A stretch of 64,000 bases of DNA. Origin: Blepharisma stoltei ATCC 30299. Lineage: Eukaryota > Protista > Ciliophora. The notes below the pieces were generated by a model. It was not told the DNA's origin and did not search any database. It saw nothing but the letters and a program-made list of their open reading frames with translations. The stretch's first letter is position 1. Each line of letters opens with the position of its first letter. The stretch is taken from the NCBI GenBank assembly GCA_965603825.1, contig CBFDEM010000018.1, positions 62,001 to 126,000 on the forward strand, in the 5' to 3' direction. The position numbers and the translations under genes were made by a program. This document shows positions 61,834-64,000 of this stretch, one piece after another.

Positions 61834-63870
61834 ATGGCTTGGTGGAAAAAAGGAGCTCCATCTGCCCCTGAAGGAGAAAAAGCAACAAAAAAGGAGGCAA
61901 AAGAAGAGGAAAAAAAGGTCGAGGAGCCAAACAATAAGCCTAGCTGGGCAAAGGCACCAGCAAAAGAAGATTCTAAGGCTGCCCAGCACAAAGAGCCAGC
62001 TTCATCGCAAAGGCCAGAAATATCCAAATCAGCCTCAATAGAAGAAACAAAGACGGCTTTGACACCAAGCAAGACTTTGCCTATACAAAATATCGATTTC
62101 ATAGAAAAAGGAGAGCTAGTGAGAGCAGGTACTGGCTTATATAAAGGGCTAATAATAGGGACTTCAAATAAAGGTGAGCGAGACCGTATTAGAGCCCTTT
62201 TCGATACCCAGCAAGTTCTTTACACTGATCCTCAGTTTCCTCCTGAACAATCTAGCTTAGCTAAGAATTTTTCTGGGCTATCCTATAGTGAACAAAAGCT
62301 ATGAAAATCTTTTCAATGGAAACGTGCATCAGAAATTTATAGTCAGCCTATAAAAGTTTTCAACAATATCGATCCAAATGATATCTTGCAAGGAGACCTT
62401 GGAGACTGCTATTTCTTATCAACCCTTTCTGCAATAGCTGAATTTCCTAAAAGAATTGAAAAACTTTTTGATACCCAAGAATACCAGCCATCAGGCTGCT
62501 ATACAGTCAACATTTGTGACATGGGGACATGGACTGACTACGTTATTGATGACTTTTTCCCTTATAACCCAAAAAAAGAAAAAGTCGCATTTTCAGGGCC
62601 ACATATCCAAAGCGGGATAAGCGAACTTTGGGTACTTTTGATAGAAAAAGCTTGGGCTAAAAGATTTGGGTCATATAAAGCTATAGACTCAGGGCTTACA
62701 CAAGATGCATTAAGAGACCTAACTGGAGGCCCATGTGAGACTTTGCCAATAGAAGATGAAAATTTGTGGGAAAAAGTTCTTAGTGCCGACCAAAGAGATT
62801 TTATTATAACAGCTTCTAGCTCTGGAGAAGAAGGAAACGGCGATGCGATAAATGAGCTTGGCTTAGTTACCCTTCATGCGTATTCTGTAATTGCTGCAAG
62901 AGAAATCATATCAAGAAGAGGCCCAGAAAAATTATTACAAATCAGAAACCCATGGGGTTCTCAAGAATGGCAAGGTGCTTGGTCAGACAACTCAGACCTA
63001 TGAACTCCTGAGCTTAAACAACAGCTAGGCTGGAGTAATGAAGATGATGGGACTTTTTGGATGTCTTTTGACGATTTTTCAGAATATTTTTCAAATGTCA
63101 CCATTTGTAGGGTCCATGATGATTATTACTATGAGTCCCTACATTATACACAAGCTAATAATGCATTTTCAGTATTTAAAGTGACAGTTCATGACGCAGG
63201 GGAGACTTATTTTATCTCTACACAAGTAGACGATAGGGTTTTTAGTACTGAAAGTGGCTATACTTATTCTCCTGCTAGAGTCATTGTAGCTAAGGTAAAT
63301 GAAAATATTGATCAAGACAGATTATCATATATAAATGCAGTCGGAAACTACGAAGAAAGAGATGTGTGGTGCAGCTCTGAGGTAGAAGCAGGGACGTATT
63401 TGGTATATATAGAAATCAATTTTTCAGGGAACTTTACGAATCAGCTTGCATTTTCTGTGTATTCGGCAGCTCCGGTTACAATAGAAGATGTGACGTTCCA
63501 GGAATGGGATTTCATAAGCCAGGTTTATACGTGTGACTTGGCTAGGAAAGAAGTAAAACCTGCCTTGCTTGGCCCTGATGTTTATTTTTATAGTGTAAAT
63601 CACTTTGGGGAGCGAAGTGATGGAAAAGTAAAAGAAGGGTTTTTATTTGATGCGATTGAAAATTGTTCCAAAGATTTAGTGCTGGAGATGGAAGCTATTC
63701 ATAAGACGATGATAAATATTGAGATGCTAGGGCAGTTTGCGGGGGCTGATACTTATAAAGTGGTTTTGAGACCTGGAGAGAAAGCAGTGGTGGTTAAAAA
63801 GCAAATTGACTTGGCGGCTGGACACACAACGGCACAAGTTATAAAGAAAAAGAAATTGACTTCGGCTTAA
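61834..63870 (+). CDS. Calpain-family cysteine protease (CysPc plus domain III)
   Basis: YTDPQFPP, QGDLGDCYFLS, LIEKAWAK, HAYS, IRNPWG. TGA at 62302 and 63001 (SDL-W-T). Confidence 0.95.
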
Positions 63871-64000
63871 TAGAAAACAACTTTTTAATAATTGCTTTAT
63901 TCTGTATATGTTAAGTTTTATAATGGGAATCTTCCTGGATTTTGCTATTTTTTATTCTTTTATAAGTTCCTGAAAGAAAAATAAATTCTTTGACTGTATT

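Noticed and set aside
5162-62102. Many short antisense or overlapping track ORFs, such as 5162, 6604, 9215, 22703, 33348, 49076 and 61824
   Set aside because: They are F/S/L-rich mirror frames of K/E-rich genes on the other strand.
344-63003. TGA as selenocysteine or cysteine
   Set aside because: TGA aligns to conserved Trp rather than Cys, in families that are not selenoproteins.
1-64000. Mass pseudogenisation, or a bacterial/mitochondrial code-4 genome
   Set aside because: The TGA breaks preserve frame and sit at Trp sites. Gene content is nuclear eukaryotic and includes spliceosomal introns.

Overview
AT-rich, very gene-dense eukaryotic DNA, most consistent with the macronuclear genome of a heterotrich ciliate, Blepharisma-like. 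The supplied ORF track is fragmented for two reasons. First, TGA is read as Trp: it sits at conserved Trp positions in chitin synthase (QRRRW), Myb, PDK1 (DLWALGC), WNK, PEX11 and calpain, while every true terminus I could resolve is TAA or TAG. Second, genes carry tiny 15-nt GT..A..AG introns, seven of which are well supported. Rebuilt this way, the window holds about 40 protein genes, including chitin synthase, DnaJ, Ctf8, RCC1-repeat, S28 peptidase, cyclin, ankyrin, SOD-like, mS33, tomosyn/Lgl, TPR, SK-like and EAG/CNG-like K+ channels, PEX11, TMCO1, WNK, Myb-SHAQKY, ERGIC, AGC kinase, PDK1, CKK-domain, DLST, cNMP-binding, C2H2 and calpain. It also holds an SRP (7SL) RNA gene. Items worth follow-up: two unexplained structured GC-richer non-coding elements; three frame discontinuities at stop codons that a 15-nt intron cannot fix; a secreted SOD-like protein lacking catalytic second-sphere residues; an SK-like channel with a degenerate filter; a possible IMPACT plus dynein-stalk fusion; and a TPR gene that may be a bacterial transfer. 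All calls come from manual reading and motif recall; no database searches were run.
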